NCBI GenBank assembly: GCA_011364965.1
Contig: RDOB01000001.1
Span: 160,001-224,000 of the forward strand
DNA: 64,000 nt
From: Candidatus Heimdallarchaeota archaeon
GTDB taxonomy: Archaea; Asgardarchaeota; Heimdallarchaeia; Hodarchaeales; Hodarchaeaceae
Direction: 5' to 3'
The notes beneath the pieces are model-generated. The model saw nothing but the letters and a program-made list of their open reading frames with translations, had not been told where the DNA came from and searched no databases. The stretch's first letter is position 1. Each line of letters begins with the position of its first letter. Positions 20,161 through 29,567 of the stretch are shown piece after piece. The position numbers and the translations under genes are program-made.

Positions 20161-21216
20161 TTGCCAATCAGATTCATTTCAAATTCATTATCAAAGAAAC
20201 ACTCAAACGGTAGGTTCCATCCAGAATCCGCACAGCGTATTGAAGTTCTAGAAGATTGGATTAAAAATTCTCAAGGAAAAAAAATTACACTTGAAATATT
20301 AGATCAATTTGCACCAAAAGAAGATATTCTCTCAACACATTCTGAAAACCTCTATGAATTGATTGCCAAGACAAAAGGTATCTCAGGTCATTTTTATTTT
20401 GATGCAGATACTACAGCGAATGATTATACTTTTGACGCAGCTAGACAAGCTGTAGCTGTTGGAAAGAAGGCAATCTGGGAAAGTACTAATCAAAATAGTA
20501 TTTTTGCTCTAGTTCGGCCTCCTGGACATCATGCAACGCGAACTAGTCCTCAAGGGTTTTGTATTTTCAATAATGTTGCCATTGCAGTTGAATTAGCAAT
20601 AAAAGAATCTAAATATGATAAAATTGCTATTATCGATTTTGACCATCATTTTGGTAATGGAACAGCTTACATACATGAAAGAAACCCAAATGTCATGTAT
20701 ATTAGTACGCATGCTGACCCGCGTATCGCTTATCCAGGATGTGGATTTGTTGACGAAATTGGGAAAGGAGAGGGACGAGGATTTAATATTATGATGCCAT
20801 TAGGTTATAGAGCGTCAGAAATTGATATAATTATGGGATTTGAAGAATTAGTTCTACCAATATTGAGACAATTCAAACCTGATTTTTTAGCAATTTCTGC
20901 AGGATTTGATGCATATGAGAAGGATCCTTTAGGAGTACTAGGAGTCTCTACTGAAGGTTTCTCAGTTATAGGTTCCTATATCAGGAATATTGTCTCTGAC
21001 CTTAGAATTCCTTATGCGAATTTTCTTGAAGGAGGATACAACATACAAATGCTGCCTTCCCTTTTATCATCATATATCTTGCCTTTACTTTCAGAAGAAA
21101 TTATAGAGAACGAAAGAATTAGGAATATAAGCAAGTTTGAGGGAGATCCGAGTAACCAAACAAAATCCACAATAAAACAAGCTAAAGAATTATTGAAAGA
21201 TTTTTGGCAAGTTTAA
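20161..21216 (+). CDS. Histone deacetylase family (Zn-dependent) protein
   Basis: HPES..R, RPPGHHA, GFCIFNN, DFDHHFGNGT, SAGFD and LEGGY. Confidence 0.93.
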   Translation: MPIRFISNSLSKKHSNGRFHPESAQRIEVLEDWIKNSQGKKITLEILDQFAPKEDILSTHSENLYELIAKTKGISGHFYFDADTTANDYTFDAARQAVAVGKKAIWESTNQNSIFALVRPPGHHATRTSPQGFCIFNNVAIAVELAIKESKYDKIAIIDFDHHFGNGTAYIHERNPNVMYISTHADPRIAYPGCGFVDEIGKGEGRGFNIMMPLGYRASEIDIIMGFEELVLPILRQFKPDFLAISAGFDAYEKDPLGVLGVSTEGFSVIGSYIRNIVSDLRIPYANFLEGGYNIQMLPSLLSSYILPLLSEEIIENERIRNISKFEGDPSNQTKSTIKQAKELLKDFWQV

Positions 21217-21229
21217 TCATTTTATTACT

Positions 21230-22324
21230 TCAAGTTTCCCATGAAGTCGGATATCTAAGTAACGCCAAAACTCCCCCAAATGTTTTCATTCGCTTTGCGT
21301 TTTCACCTTGTGACGAAATAATCACGATTTTTCCTCGGGTTTTTTCAATTTCCTTCAGAATCTGTTGAACTTGTATTGAGCTATCCTTTACGCGTAGTAT
21401 GGTATCAAGAATGATTAAAGTCTCAATCGCCCCTGAGGTTGACAATTTTTCAACTTCATTTAGCCCATAAGTTATGTCTTGCGATCCTTGATTCATTCTT
21501 TTAAAAAATTCATCAATTAAATGTCCTTCCTCTAGGAAACGAAAATCCTTAGCAATTTTATCTATAATATCCATTTTTAGCAGCTCGGAAAGTCCAACAC
21601 GATTCCCTCCGCTCACAGATCCAGCTACTACTATATTTACATCCTTAAAAGTAGGTTTATCCTTTAAAAATGAATATAATTCTTCTTTAACAAATCCAGG
21701 CCCTCCAATAATAATATTTTTTGTTTGGGGTAACACTTGACGATTTATCAGATCAGTTATCTGATCAAGAAATGTTTGTTGTTGTTTGGTTCTAATTTTT
21801 TCTTTTGAACGTTTTCTTGATATGTGAGACTTCTCGTGCATAATGATATCCAATTTAAAATTATCTAGAATACCAATACAAACCTCTGCTTTGTCAACTG
21901 CTATGAGACAAATTTTCGGTTTTTTACTTGCTTCTTCAGCTTCTTCCAGTAATTGCAAATAATATTTGGTCCAGTTTGGTTTAATTATGGTAATAGCTTG
22001 TGATAATTCTAAATTTAAGGTATGGTATGTTCCTATTGAAATATATTGTTCGTTTCCTTCAAAGATTTTTCCCTTTACCCTTAATCTATTGCTTATACTC
22101 TCCTGAAACGCAAAATCTTCAACTTCGACTCCTATTACCATTGTTATACGCTGACTTTCCTCTCCAGACCGACTCTCACTCCCTGATCTCCGAATCCTTC
22201 TTGAAGTTTTAGCTATTACTCTATCACCAATATTTATGACATTTGATAGTATATATAAATCCGTTGAAGTCTCTGGTCGAAGAACAATGTTTTGATTTTT
22301 TAAATCCTTTTTTAAAATTCGCAT
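21230..22324 (-). CDS. pelA: mRNA surveillance protein Pelota
   Basis: RLRVKGKI, GTYHTL, GGPGFVKE, YGLNEV and GGVLALLRY. Confidence 0.94.
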   Translation of the reverse strand: MRILKKDLKNQNIVLRPETSTDLYILSNVINIGDRVIAKTSRRIRRSGSESRSGEESQRITMVIGVEVEDFAFQESISNRLRVKGKIFEGNEQYISIGTYHTLNLELSQAITIIKPNWTKYYLQLLEEAEEASKKPKICLIAVDKAEVCIGILDNFKLDIIMHEKSHISRKRSKEKIRTKQQQTFLDQITDLINRQVLPQTKNIIIGGPGFVKEELYSFLKDKPTFKDVNIVVAGSVSGGNRVGLSELLKMDIIDKIAKDFRFLEEGHLIDEFFKRMNQGSQDITYGLNEVEKLSTSGAIETLIILDTILRVKDSSIQVQQILKEIEKTRGKIVIISSQGENAKRMKTFGGVLALLRYPTSWET

Positions 22325-22364
22325 AAATGTTCACACAATAATAAACAGCAGCTAGTTTTAAATC

Positions 22365-22718
22365 TCAATATAATTTTAAGCCAGAAGTGATTTCTTCAAC
22401 ACTTTTCATTGCATGAGGACCTATTCCTAATGCTGTAGTTGTATTAGGAGGAAGCTGGGTTCGACCTGCATCATCTATTTTCACGATAATAACACCAGTA
22501 GTCTTGAGCTTAGTTTCTATTTCTAATAACTCCTCTTCAGTATCCACTCCCAATATAATCTTTCTTTGACCTGTTCTCCACCACAAAACGAAATCGTTAT
22601 GCTTTTCTTGATAAGCCTTCATAGCTGCTGCTACAGCTGCATGAGAAGCTTGAGCTGCAGCTTTTCCTTTGGACATTCGAAGATCTTTCCGAAGAATTAT
22701 CACTTGCTTATATTCCGT
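22365..22718 (-). CDS. pth2: Peptidyl-tRNA hydrolase Pth2; probable ACG start at 22718
   Basis: EYKQVII.RKDL.MSKGK.AAQASHA and DAGRTQL....TALGIGP; GGAGG SD 7 nt upstream of the ACG. Confidence 0.92.
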   Translation of the reverse strand, partial: TEYKQVIILRKDLRMSKGKAAAQASHAAVAAAMKAYQEKHNDFVLWWRTGQRKIILGVDTEEELLEIETKLKTTGVIIVKIDDAGRTQLPPNTTTALGIGPHAMKSVEEITSGLKLY

Positions 22719-22763
22719 TAAGAGTCCTCCTTTAATTTCTAATTCAATGCGCTTGGAACTGAA

Positions 22764-22856
22764 TTTCTCAGTGAGGTACATGCACATCATCAATAAACTC
22801 TTATGGTGTCCAGACCAGAGTTTATCATCAGTATAGGTCAGTATTCATCATTGTGA
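22764..22856 (-). ncRNA. Box C/D guide RNA, predicted to target both strands of 16S rRNA helix 34
   Basis: C AUGAUGA (22851-45), D' CUGA (22831-28), 9-bp internal stem, C' UGAUGA (22792-87), D CUGA (22771-68); guides AUACUGACCUA and CAUGUACCUC are complementary to archaeal 16S consensus UAGGUCAGUAU and GAGGUGCAUG. Confidence 0.85.
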
Positions 22857-23012
22857 AGTTTATCTAGTTCCAAATATTGTCAATCATTCACTTGGGGAAA
22901 GATCAAGATTATAAATAATCTAATTACACTATCAACTGATGCTATTTTCTATAGGTTTCTAAAAGTATGTAATTTAAACTTCGATATAGCAAAGAAAAGA
23001 ACTTATTTTACT

Positions 23013-23534
23013 TTAATTTACCAGTTCTTCGCCTTTGGTTATTTTAATTTTGGAGGGTCTTGGAAATTTTGCTTTTCCTCTTCTTAAAGCGTCTTTCGCG
23101 ATATTCACATATTCGGGTTTTGTCCTAATAAAGAGAACTCTATCATTTTCATATACTCGAGCAGAGACACTAACTATTTTACCAAAAGATAATCGCATCC
23201 CATTTTGTATACGATCAGCACCTGCACCTGTCATCATCTTATTTTCTCTCATACGGTGATGGGGATAAACGCATACCCTATAATGATAGTTTTCTCTACC
23301 TATCTTCCTTGTAAGATATCTATTTACATGAATACGAGCTGCTTCAAGGGCATTGTGGGAAATTTGACATCTTTCTCTCATAAAAACTGAAACTTCAACA
23401 GGAAAATCGGTTCCAGGGGATCCGAAGTCAAAAGATTTAATCTTTGGTTCTGGTCCGCCTTTAATATACTTTTTTCTAGTATAAGCTGGTCTGTCGATGC
23501 GACTGTAACAATATGCTGGTCTTTTTCCCATCAA
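23013..23534 (-). CDS. rpl10e: Ribosomal protein uL16 (L10e)
   Basis: RPAYCY, ALEAARI and RENKMMTGAGADRIQNGMR.SFGK. Confidence 0.97.
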   Translation of the reverse strand: MMGKRPAYCYSRIDRPAYTRKKYIKGGPEPKIKSFDFGSPGTDFPVEVSVFMRERCQISHNALEAARIHVNRYLTRKIGRENYHYRVCVYPHHRMRENKMMTGAGADRIQNGMRLSFGKIVSVSARVYENDRVLFIRTKPEYVNIAKDALRRGKAKFPRPSKIKITKGEELVN

Positions 23535-23553
23535 ATATCAACTCATCTGTTTT

Positions 23554-23606
23554 TTTCAGTCCTTTTAGATTAAACCATGATTTATCAGGGACAAAAAAGA
23601 CTGAAA
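23554..23606 (-). promoter_or_regulatory. Hairpin in the 5' leader of rpl10e
   Basis: UUUCAGUCUUUU/AAAGGACUGAAA 12-bp stem ending about 20 nt before the start codon. Confidence 0.35.
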
Positions 23607-23820
23607 TCTCTTCATGATGCTCGATTTCTCTGTCAATTTTAAACTTACTCAGTCTATTTATGATAGTTTTCGCCCGAATGGATATGATCCAATTATCATT
23701 CTTTCTTTAAGTCTCTAAAAAATCTTAAATAGCGCCTTCGTCTATGCTACTTTAATATAATCAGGATGATAATCAAAAAGATTTCAGTACTGGTAAAAAT
23801 ATTAGGATGAGGTTTAATTA

Positions 23821-24039
23821 TTGGTGGAGATTCCAAAGTCTTCAATAGATAGAATCATTCGAAAAGGAGGAGGACAACGTGTGGCAAAATCTGCAATTAA
23901 TGCATTACAAAAAGAACTCGAGGAATACGGGATATCTATCGTCCAACTTGCTGTCGAAATATCAAGATATGCAGGGAAAAAAACTATTGATGAAAAGGAT
24001 ATTAGATTAGCATTAAGAAAGAGGAGATTAGAACAGTAA
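23821..24039 (+). CDS. Archaeal histone
   Basis: Histone fold: IP...IDRIIRK.G..RV...A...AGKKTI...DI; basic C-terminal tail RKRR. Confidence 0.92.
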   Translation: MVEIPKSSIDRIIRKGGGQRVAKSAINALQKELEEYGISIVQLAVEISRYAGKKTIDEKDIRLALRKRRLEQ

Positions 24040-24507
24040 TAATCTATTTCCATTTAATAAGTGATTTCGATTCAGTATCATCCTTTGTTTACACTGAGCT
24101 TAACCTTAAGCTTAAAATCTTTGTAAGACATTCTCTTTATTGAGAGCATTTAGAATAGATCCTAGTCCTGCTGGAATATTCATTCATTTGCTCAATTAAA
24201 GGAGTCTTATTGGCTCAAATTGAAACCATAATAAGAGAAAGAAACAATTCAAGACCAAAATGAGATTGATCATATGTTTCTTTCTTTTTAAAGTAATAAT
24301 TCAGCTTAAATCATTCAATGATAATATGAGACATTATTTAGACAAGTTAAATAAAAAGAACTACATATCATACTTACCACTTTACTCCTATCATCTTAAA
24401 ATTTAATTTATAATCTTAAATTCCGAAAAAACGTACTTTAATGGCAGTAAACGGTGGAGGATGTACTATGTAGTTTCATTTTATCTTGCACCATTGGAGG
24501 TGAAACA

Positions 24508-25749
24508 ATGGTTAATGAAGAGGATATCGATACAAGTACAGTAAAATACTTAATTCATGAAAAATTTAGCATAAATGGCGTTGCAGAACGTTCTGATATT
24601 ATAGGGGCTCTTTTTGGCCAAACAGAAGGCTTAATTGGCGAGGGGCTTGATTTAAGAGAACTTCAGAAAACTTCAAGGATAGGAAGAATTGCAGTTAATC
24701 TCCAATATCAGAAACGGCAAAGAAAAACGACAGGTACAATTATTGTACCGTCCTCATTAGATCGTGTAGAAACAGCTTTGTTAGCTGCTGCATTAGAAAC
24801 TGTTGATAGAGTAGGCCCTTGTGTTGGCAAGATTACGCTTCAAAAAATCGAAGATGTACGAGAAAGTAAGCGCAGACAAATAATCTTACGAGCTTCTAGA
24901 ATTTTAAAAAGTTGGGATCAAGAGGTAACCCCAGATTCGACTTCAGTGCTTGAGGAAGTACTTAAAGAGGCTCGAGTCAGTATTATTCAAAAGTATGGAA
25001 AAGAAGGAATCCCTTCTGGTCCTGGTATTGAAGACAGTGATAACCTAATAATTGTAGAAGGAAGAGCTGATGTCGTAAATCTTCTGAAGCACGGATTTAG
25101 GAACGTTATTGCAGTTCAGGGAACTAACGTTCCTCCTGAAGTTATTGAATTAACTAGAAAAAAGGTGACAACTGCATTTCTAGATGGTGATCATGGAGGA
25201 GAATTAATTTTACGCGAGTTAATTCATCTTTCAGATCTGGATTATGTAGCTCGGGCACCCCCAAATCGTGAGGTAGAAGAGCTTTCTAGTAAAGAGATTT
25301 TAAAGTCCCTAAGAACCAAAATACCTATCGAACAGATAATGAAAGAGATGAATATCACCATAGAAGGTACAGAGGATGAATTTGCTATAACAGATCCAGA
25401 GATAGAAACCAAGGATGTTCCAATAATTGTAAGTTCAGATAAAGTTGTAGAAAAGTTTTCTGGTAAAATTCCGCACAAATTCGCGAATTTGGTGGAAAAT
25501 CTACCAGAACAAGAAGCAATTCTCATTGGAGCTGACTTGGAAATAATACAAGAACATGTACCAATTAGTGAATTAAGAAATACAATTATTGAAACAGATA
25601 ATGTTGAAGCAGTTATATTTGATGGCATAATTACTCAACGGTTATTGGACATCGCTACAGAACGAGGAATAACAATAATTATCGGAGCTAAGCAGCACGA
25701 TATAACCAAAAAGCCATTAGATATTGATATTTATACTTTTTCTACTTAG
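24508..25749 (+). CDS. dnaG: Archaeal DnaG (TOPRIM primase-like, exosome associated)
   Basis: GALFGQTEGL, ELQKTSRIGRI, VEGRADV and DGDHGG; GGAGGTG SD before ATG 24508. Confidence 0.95.
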   Translation: MVNEEDIDTSTVKYLIHEKFSINGVAERSDIIGALFGQTEGLIGEGLDLRELQKTSRIGRIAVNLQYQKRQRKTTGTIIVPSSLDRVETALLAAALETVDRVGPCVGKITLQKIEDVRESKRRQIILRASRILKSWDQEVTPDSTSVLEEVLKEARVSIIQKYGKEGIPSGPGIEDSDNLIIVEGRADVVNLLKHGFRNVIAVQGTNVPPEVIELTRKKVTTAFLDGDHGGELILRELIHLSDLDYVARAPPNREVEELSSKEILKSLRTKIPIEQIMKEMNITIEGTEDEFAITDPEIETKDVPIIVSSDKVVEKFSGKIPHKFANLVENLPEQEAILIGADLEIIQEHVPISELRNTIIETDNVEAVIFDGIITQRLLDIATERGITIIIGAKQHDITKKPLDIDIYTFST

Positions 25750-25772
25750 AACAGAAGCTTACATGAGATTTT

Positions 25773-26139
25773 CTTTGAAGCAGGTTTAGCAGGACACCTG
25801 TTTCCTCTTTTTTTAAAAATGGAATGGATCTGTTGCCCTGAACACTAACTCTTCGACCACACGTATGGTTAACTTACCTTTTTCAGTCGAGTTCTCTTGT
25901 GAAGGGCGTTTCTTGATCCGATTTCGTCTTTAATGCTAAAAAAATTAGCAGGAAAGATCATTCCTGTCGCTTAGGAGGGTTGACCCTTACGCTCATTGTA
26001 TAGGATGACACATCCAGACTCAGGCGAGAGCCCGTCTCCTAATCTTCTTGGATCAAAATGCTCTGGATGTAACTGCTAGTTTGCACCAAAATTCATGAAT
26101 CCTCTGGTCCTCGATAACAGTGTATTTCTCCTTCACAGC
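25773..26139 (-). ncRNA. Candidate large structured ncRNA of unknown family (~365 nt)
   Basis: No ORF in the track; GC-richer than flanks; ends pair; many 6-9 bp helices and a pseudoknot; TATA-like TTTTAAAG about 22 nt upstream. Confidence 0.5.
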
Positions 26140-26337
26140 GAATTATCTAAAATTTCTATCCTTTAAAACATTATTCATCCCATTTAAATAAGCTCTCTCC
26201 TATATGGATTTTAATGTCGTGGGTTTGGCACACGAACTCTCTTTTTATATGCATTAATCAGGTTAGTTTTTTAAATTAGGAAAAATTGCTTTTTCCCAAT
26301 ATTTTATAGAAGCTAATCAGAGGAACTACAGATCATT

Positions 26338-26799
26338 TTGTATTTTAAAAAAATTGGAGTAGGTGGAACCTTTGATCGTCTCCATTTAGGACACAAGCTG
26401 ATTCTTGATATTGCCTCATTTTATAGCGAAATAATTCACATTGGCTTAATTACAAAAGAATATCTTGAAATCAAAAGGAAAATTTTAGGAGAAATGATTG
26501 AACCTTTCGAAGAAAGGGGAAGGAAGCTCAAGAATTATATTTCAACGCGAAATAGAGTTACTCAGATCACACCTATATGCAAAATTAACGAAGATAGGGA
26601 GCTAGCTATCAATAGTGATATTAATGCGTTAATTGTATCACAAGAAACGTTTCCAGGCGCACTTGTAATAAATAAAAGTAGGAAATCAAGGGGAAAACAA
26701 GATTTAACTATCATTGTGTTACCTTATGTTCTTCAAGAGGATAAAAGTGTGATAAGGAGTACCAAAATCAGACAATCACTTTTTCAATCGGTAGATTAA
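26338..26799 (+). CDS. coaD: Phosphopantetheine adenylyltransferase (archaeal CoaD)
   Basis: GGTFDRLHLGH, IVSQET and RSTKIR. Confidence 0.9.
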   Translation: MYFKKIGVGGTFDRLHLGHKLILDIASFYSEIIHIGLITKEYLEIKRKILGEMIEPFEERGRKLKNYISTRNRVTQITPICKINEDRELAINSDINALIVSQETFPGALVINKSRKSRGKQDLTIIVLPYVLQEDKSVIRSTKIRQSLFQSVD

Positions 26800-26810
26800 T
26801 AAAATTAATA

Positions 26811-26906
26811 GAAGAACTCATCCGAACTCAAGATCATCATCATTTAAGGCAAATTCAGAACGAATTCAAACTTATCTGTAGGGCTAGAGCCGTCATCAAG
26901 TCCTTC
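26811..26906 (-). ncRNA. Box C/D sRNA candidate
   Basis: 7-bp terminal stem GAAGGAC/GUUCUUC; C UUGAUGA, D' CUGA, C' AUGAUGA, D AUGA. Confidence 0.65.
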
Positions 26907-27041
26907 CAATATTAAAACTAGATTCTAGTTTTTAAAATCTCTGTTTTTCTAATTACGTATATTATTCAGATTTTAATCTAATACAAAATATCCTTTAGCA
27001 TGAAATATAATGTTCTTATTCAGTAGGAGACATAACTAATC

Positions 27042-28235
27042 ATGGATCCGATTTTATTCCTCATCATTATCGCCCTCAGCTGGATAACTTTAAATTCAGT
27101 TACAAAAATACAATGGTTAAAACTAAAAAATCCAGAAATAGGCCTAGGATATGCTTACTATCGCACAACAAAATTAAATTCACTTATCAATCAAATTGCA
27201 CAACGAGGAAAAAAAATTTGGAGATTTATTTGGGACGTAGGAGTAATTTCTGGGTTAGGAATATTAATAATTGGACTTATCATTTTTACGTTGAACATTC
27301 CACTTTTCTTCTTGCAAACCCCAGACAGTACCAATGCTCCTATCGCAGTAACTCCAGTAATTCCTGGAATAACGGTCTCTTTTCAATCTCTTCCTTATTT
27401 TTTAGTCGCAATTATGATTGGAGCCATTGCTCATGAATTTGGACATGGGATTGCAGCAAGAGTTGAAGATGTCAAGTTAAAAAGTACGGGGATCTTTGTA
27501 TTTCTTGTATTCTTCGGTGCATTTGTAGAACCTGATGAAAATAGCATTAAAACCAAATCTAGGAGATCTATATTGAGAATAACATCTGCTGGTGCACTAG
27601 CTAATATGGTGATTGCAATGATTACCTTAGCAATACTTATAGTACCTATTGGATTTCCTATCTTAATAGCTCCCTTCTACAAGACTGAATCAAGTGGAGC
27701 ATTGATTATCGAAACAATTTCAGATAATCCAGCACAATTAGCGGGTTTGAAACCAGGCTATGCAATTATCGCGATAGAATCTGCAGAGGGTATAACAGAA
27801 ATTAGTTCTGCAACTGATTTTCATATATTTACCAACACCTCTGTCTTGCCTAATCAAAATCTAACTTTTTATTTTGCTAATAAGATTGACCCTATTTCAC
27901 TTCAAACTGTCCCTAGGGAGGATAATCCAAGTAAAGGATTTATTGGTATTCGAACATGGGAGTATTTTGAACCTAATTTCTTGGAACCATCTTCACTTGC
28001 CAATCTCATCCCTTATTGGATTTTCAATACGATTTTATATGTATTTATGTTAAATCTGATGTTTGCTTTGATGAATTTATTACCTATTCCTTTTCTAGAT
28101 GGTGATAGGCTATTGAACTCATTTCTAGGACCTAAGTATGGGAAATACACTTCCTTCATCCGTTATTTCGCATTGGGTGTCCTTGGACTTAATTTACTCC
28201 TTTCCTTGCTTGTTACAGGTTGGCAACCTATTTGA
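27042..28235 (+). CDS. Site-2 protease (M50) with PDZ domain
   Basis: HEFGH, GAFVEP, AGALAN and NLLPIPFLDG; multiple TM segments. Confidence 0.93.
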   Translation: MDPILFLIIIALSWITLNSVTKIQWLKLKNPEIGLGYAYYRTTKLNSLINQIAQRGKKIWRFIWDVGVISGLGILIIGLIIFTLNIPLFFLQTPDSTNAPIAVTPVIPGITVSFQSLPYFLVAIMIGAIAHEFGHGIAARVEDVKLKSTGIFVFLVFFGAFVEPDENSIKTKSRRSILRITSAGALANMVIAMITLAILIVPIGFPILIAPFYKTESSGALIIETISDNPAQLAGLKPGYAIIAIESAEGITEISSATDFHIFTNTSVLPNQNLTFYFANKIDPISLQTVPREDNPSKGFIGIRTWEYFEPNFLEPSSLANLIPYWIFNTILYVFMLNLMFALMNLLPIPFLDGDRLLNSFLGPKYGKYTSFIRYFALGVLGLNLLLSLLVTGWQPI

Positions 28236-28355
28236 GCTCTTTGCTACTTAAATGCAATTTGAAAAATGGAGCATAGCAGTAATCATTAATACCGTAAGAT
28301 AATCATATAAATATATGAAATATCAGTATTAGCTCGGACTTTAAAGTAAGTTCAG

Positions 28356-28964
28356 GTGAAGCACGAAATGCCTTTGGATACCATTTTTTCATTACTTGTA
28401 ACTTATGATTTTATAATCCTCATAATTGGAGGATTATTAGCTGCAGCTTGGTTAACAGTAAGACTTGCAGGCGTGAGTGACGAGGATATCTCAAAAACAG
28501 TTCGAAATCTATCAATTATTGGATTTCCTGTTGGTGTAATCGCTTTGATAACCATAGGAGCAGGAATTTATGTCATATCCAAAGAAATATTGATTCCAGA
28601 GACATTTGACCTTGTAACGGTTATATGTCTTGGTTTGCTTGGATTAGTACTAATCTTACGTCCGATTAAGGACTTCAGATTTGGAGCTTTCCTATCTTTA
28701 GCTATCGGATTATTAGGAGCAGGATTAGTCGTAATGCTGGGAGCAGATTCAGTTAAACTACTAGCTGGAGTGTTTATAATTATTTTTCTAATTATCTATG
28801 GAGCAATAAAAATCTTTGAAGATATGTATCAGCTTATTGCAGAGATCCTAGCTTCGCCATTAGTCTCAGTAAGTATAGGGCTGATTACAATTATACAAGG
28901 TATTTTGCTGATATTTAATCTATCTCTTGGTGGTTTACTTACCTTTTTAGCTTTGAAAGGTTAG
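28356..28964 (+). CDS. Hypothetical multi-pass membrane protein
   Basis: About 6 hydrophobic helices. Confidence 0.8.
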   Translation: MKHEMPLDTIFSLLVTYDFIILIIGGLLAAAWLTVRLAGVSDEDISKTVRNLSIIGFPVGVIALITIGAGIYVISKEILIPETFDLVTVICLGLLGLVLILRPIKDFRFGAFLSLAIGLLGAGLVVMLGADSVKLLAGVFIIIFLIIYGAIKIFEDMYQLIAEILASPLVSVSIGLITIIQGILLIFNLSLGGLLTFLALKG

Positions 28965-29467
28965 TTATGAATCTCCAGGCGTACAGGATTATTAGCTATA
29001 AGTTCAGCAATCTGTTTTAGTTGATCAATAGAAAACCTAAGAGAGTTAGGGTCTCCACGAAGAGTGATCTTGAGTTCAATATCACCATCGGGAGGCACAT
29101 AAATTTGGTCTATTTCCACAATATCCAACGGATGGAACAGATCAGCAAAAGTTGTTCTTGTATCTGTTTTTCTTTCAATTATTTCTATTGGAGCACGAAT
29201 TTCAGACTCAATAAACTGGCGAAGCTCAGTATTTTGGATTATTACATTACCATTTCTTGTTAGAAGAAGAATAGATTCATTCATCTGGTGCGCACGATCC
29301 AAAGTTACATTCTGAAGTTGTTTGAGATATCTTTGTTCCGCTCTGGCAAAAACCTTAGATACTTCAACTTCTAGATTAGTAATTTTCCCTTTACGGAGTT
29401 TCTGCTTACATTTTTTGCATAAAACACCAGTTTTAGCACAGAAATTGCATATTGGAGTCGTTACCAC
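28961..29467 (-). CDS. NusA-like (Zn finger + KH) transcription elongation factor
   Basis: PICNFCAKTGVLCKKC N-terminus typical of the second archaeal NusA paralogue. Confidence 0.75.
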   Translation of the reverse strand: MVTTPICNFCAKTGVLCKKCKQKLRKGKITNLEVEVSKVFARAEQRYLKQLQNVTLDRAHQMNESILLLTRNGNVIIQNTELRQFIESEIRAPIEIIERKTDTRTTFADLFHPLDIVEIDQIYVPPDGDIELKITLRGDPNSLRFSIDQLKQIAELIANNPVRLEIHN

Positions 29468-29567
29468 TAGATAATCCTCAATAATATTATATATTAATTC
29501 AGAGATAGTTTTAATTATCTCATACTAATCTTCTGGGTGTATTTCATTATGATTACTTATTTCTTTT

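Noticed and set aside
25773-26139. Canonical RNase P, SRP RNA, U3-like RNA, group I/II intron or cobalamin riboswitch
   Set aside because: Diagnostic consensus elements are absent on both strands; short resemblances (UGAGCGUAAG, GGUGCAAA) are insufficient
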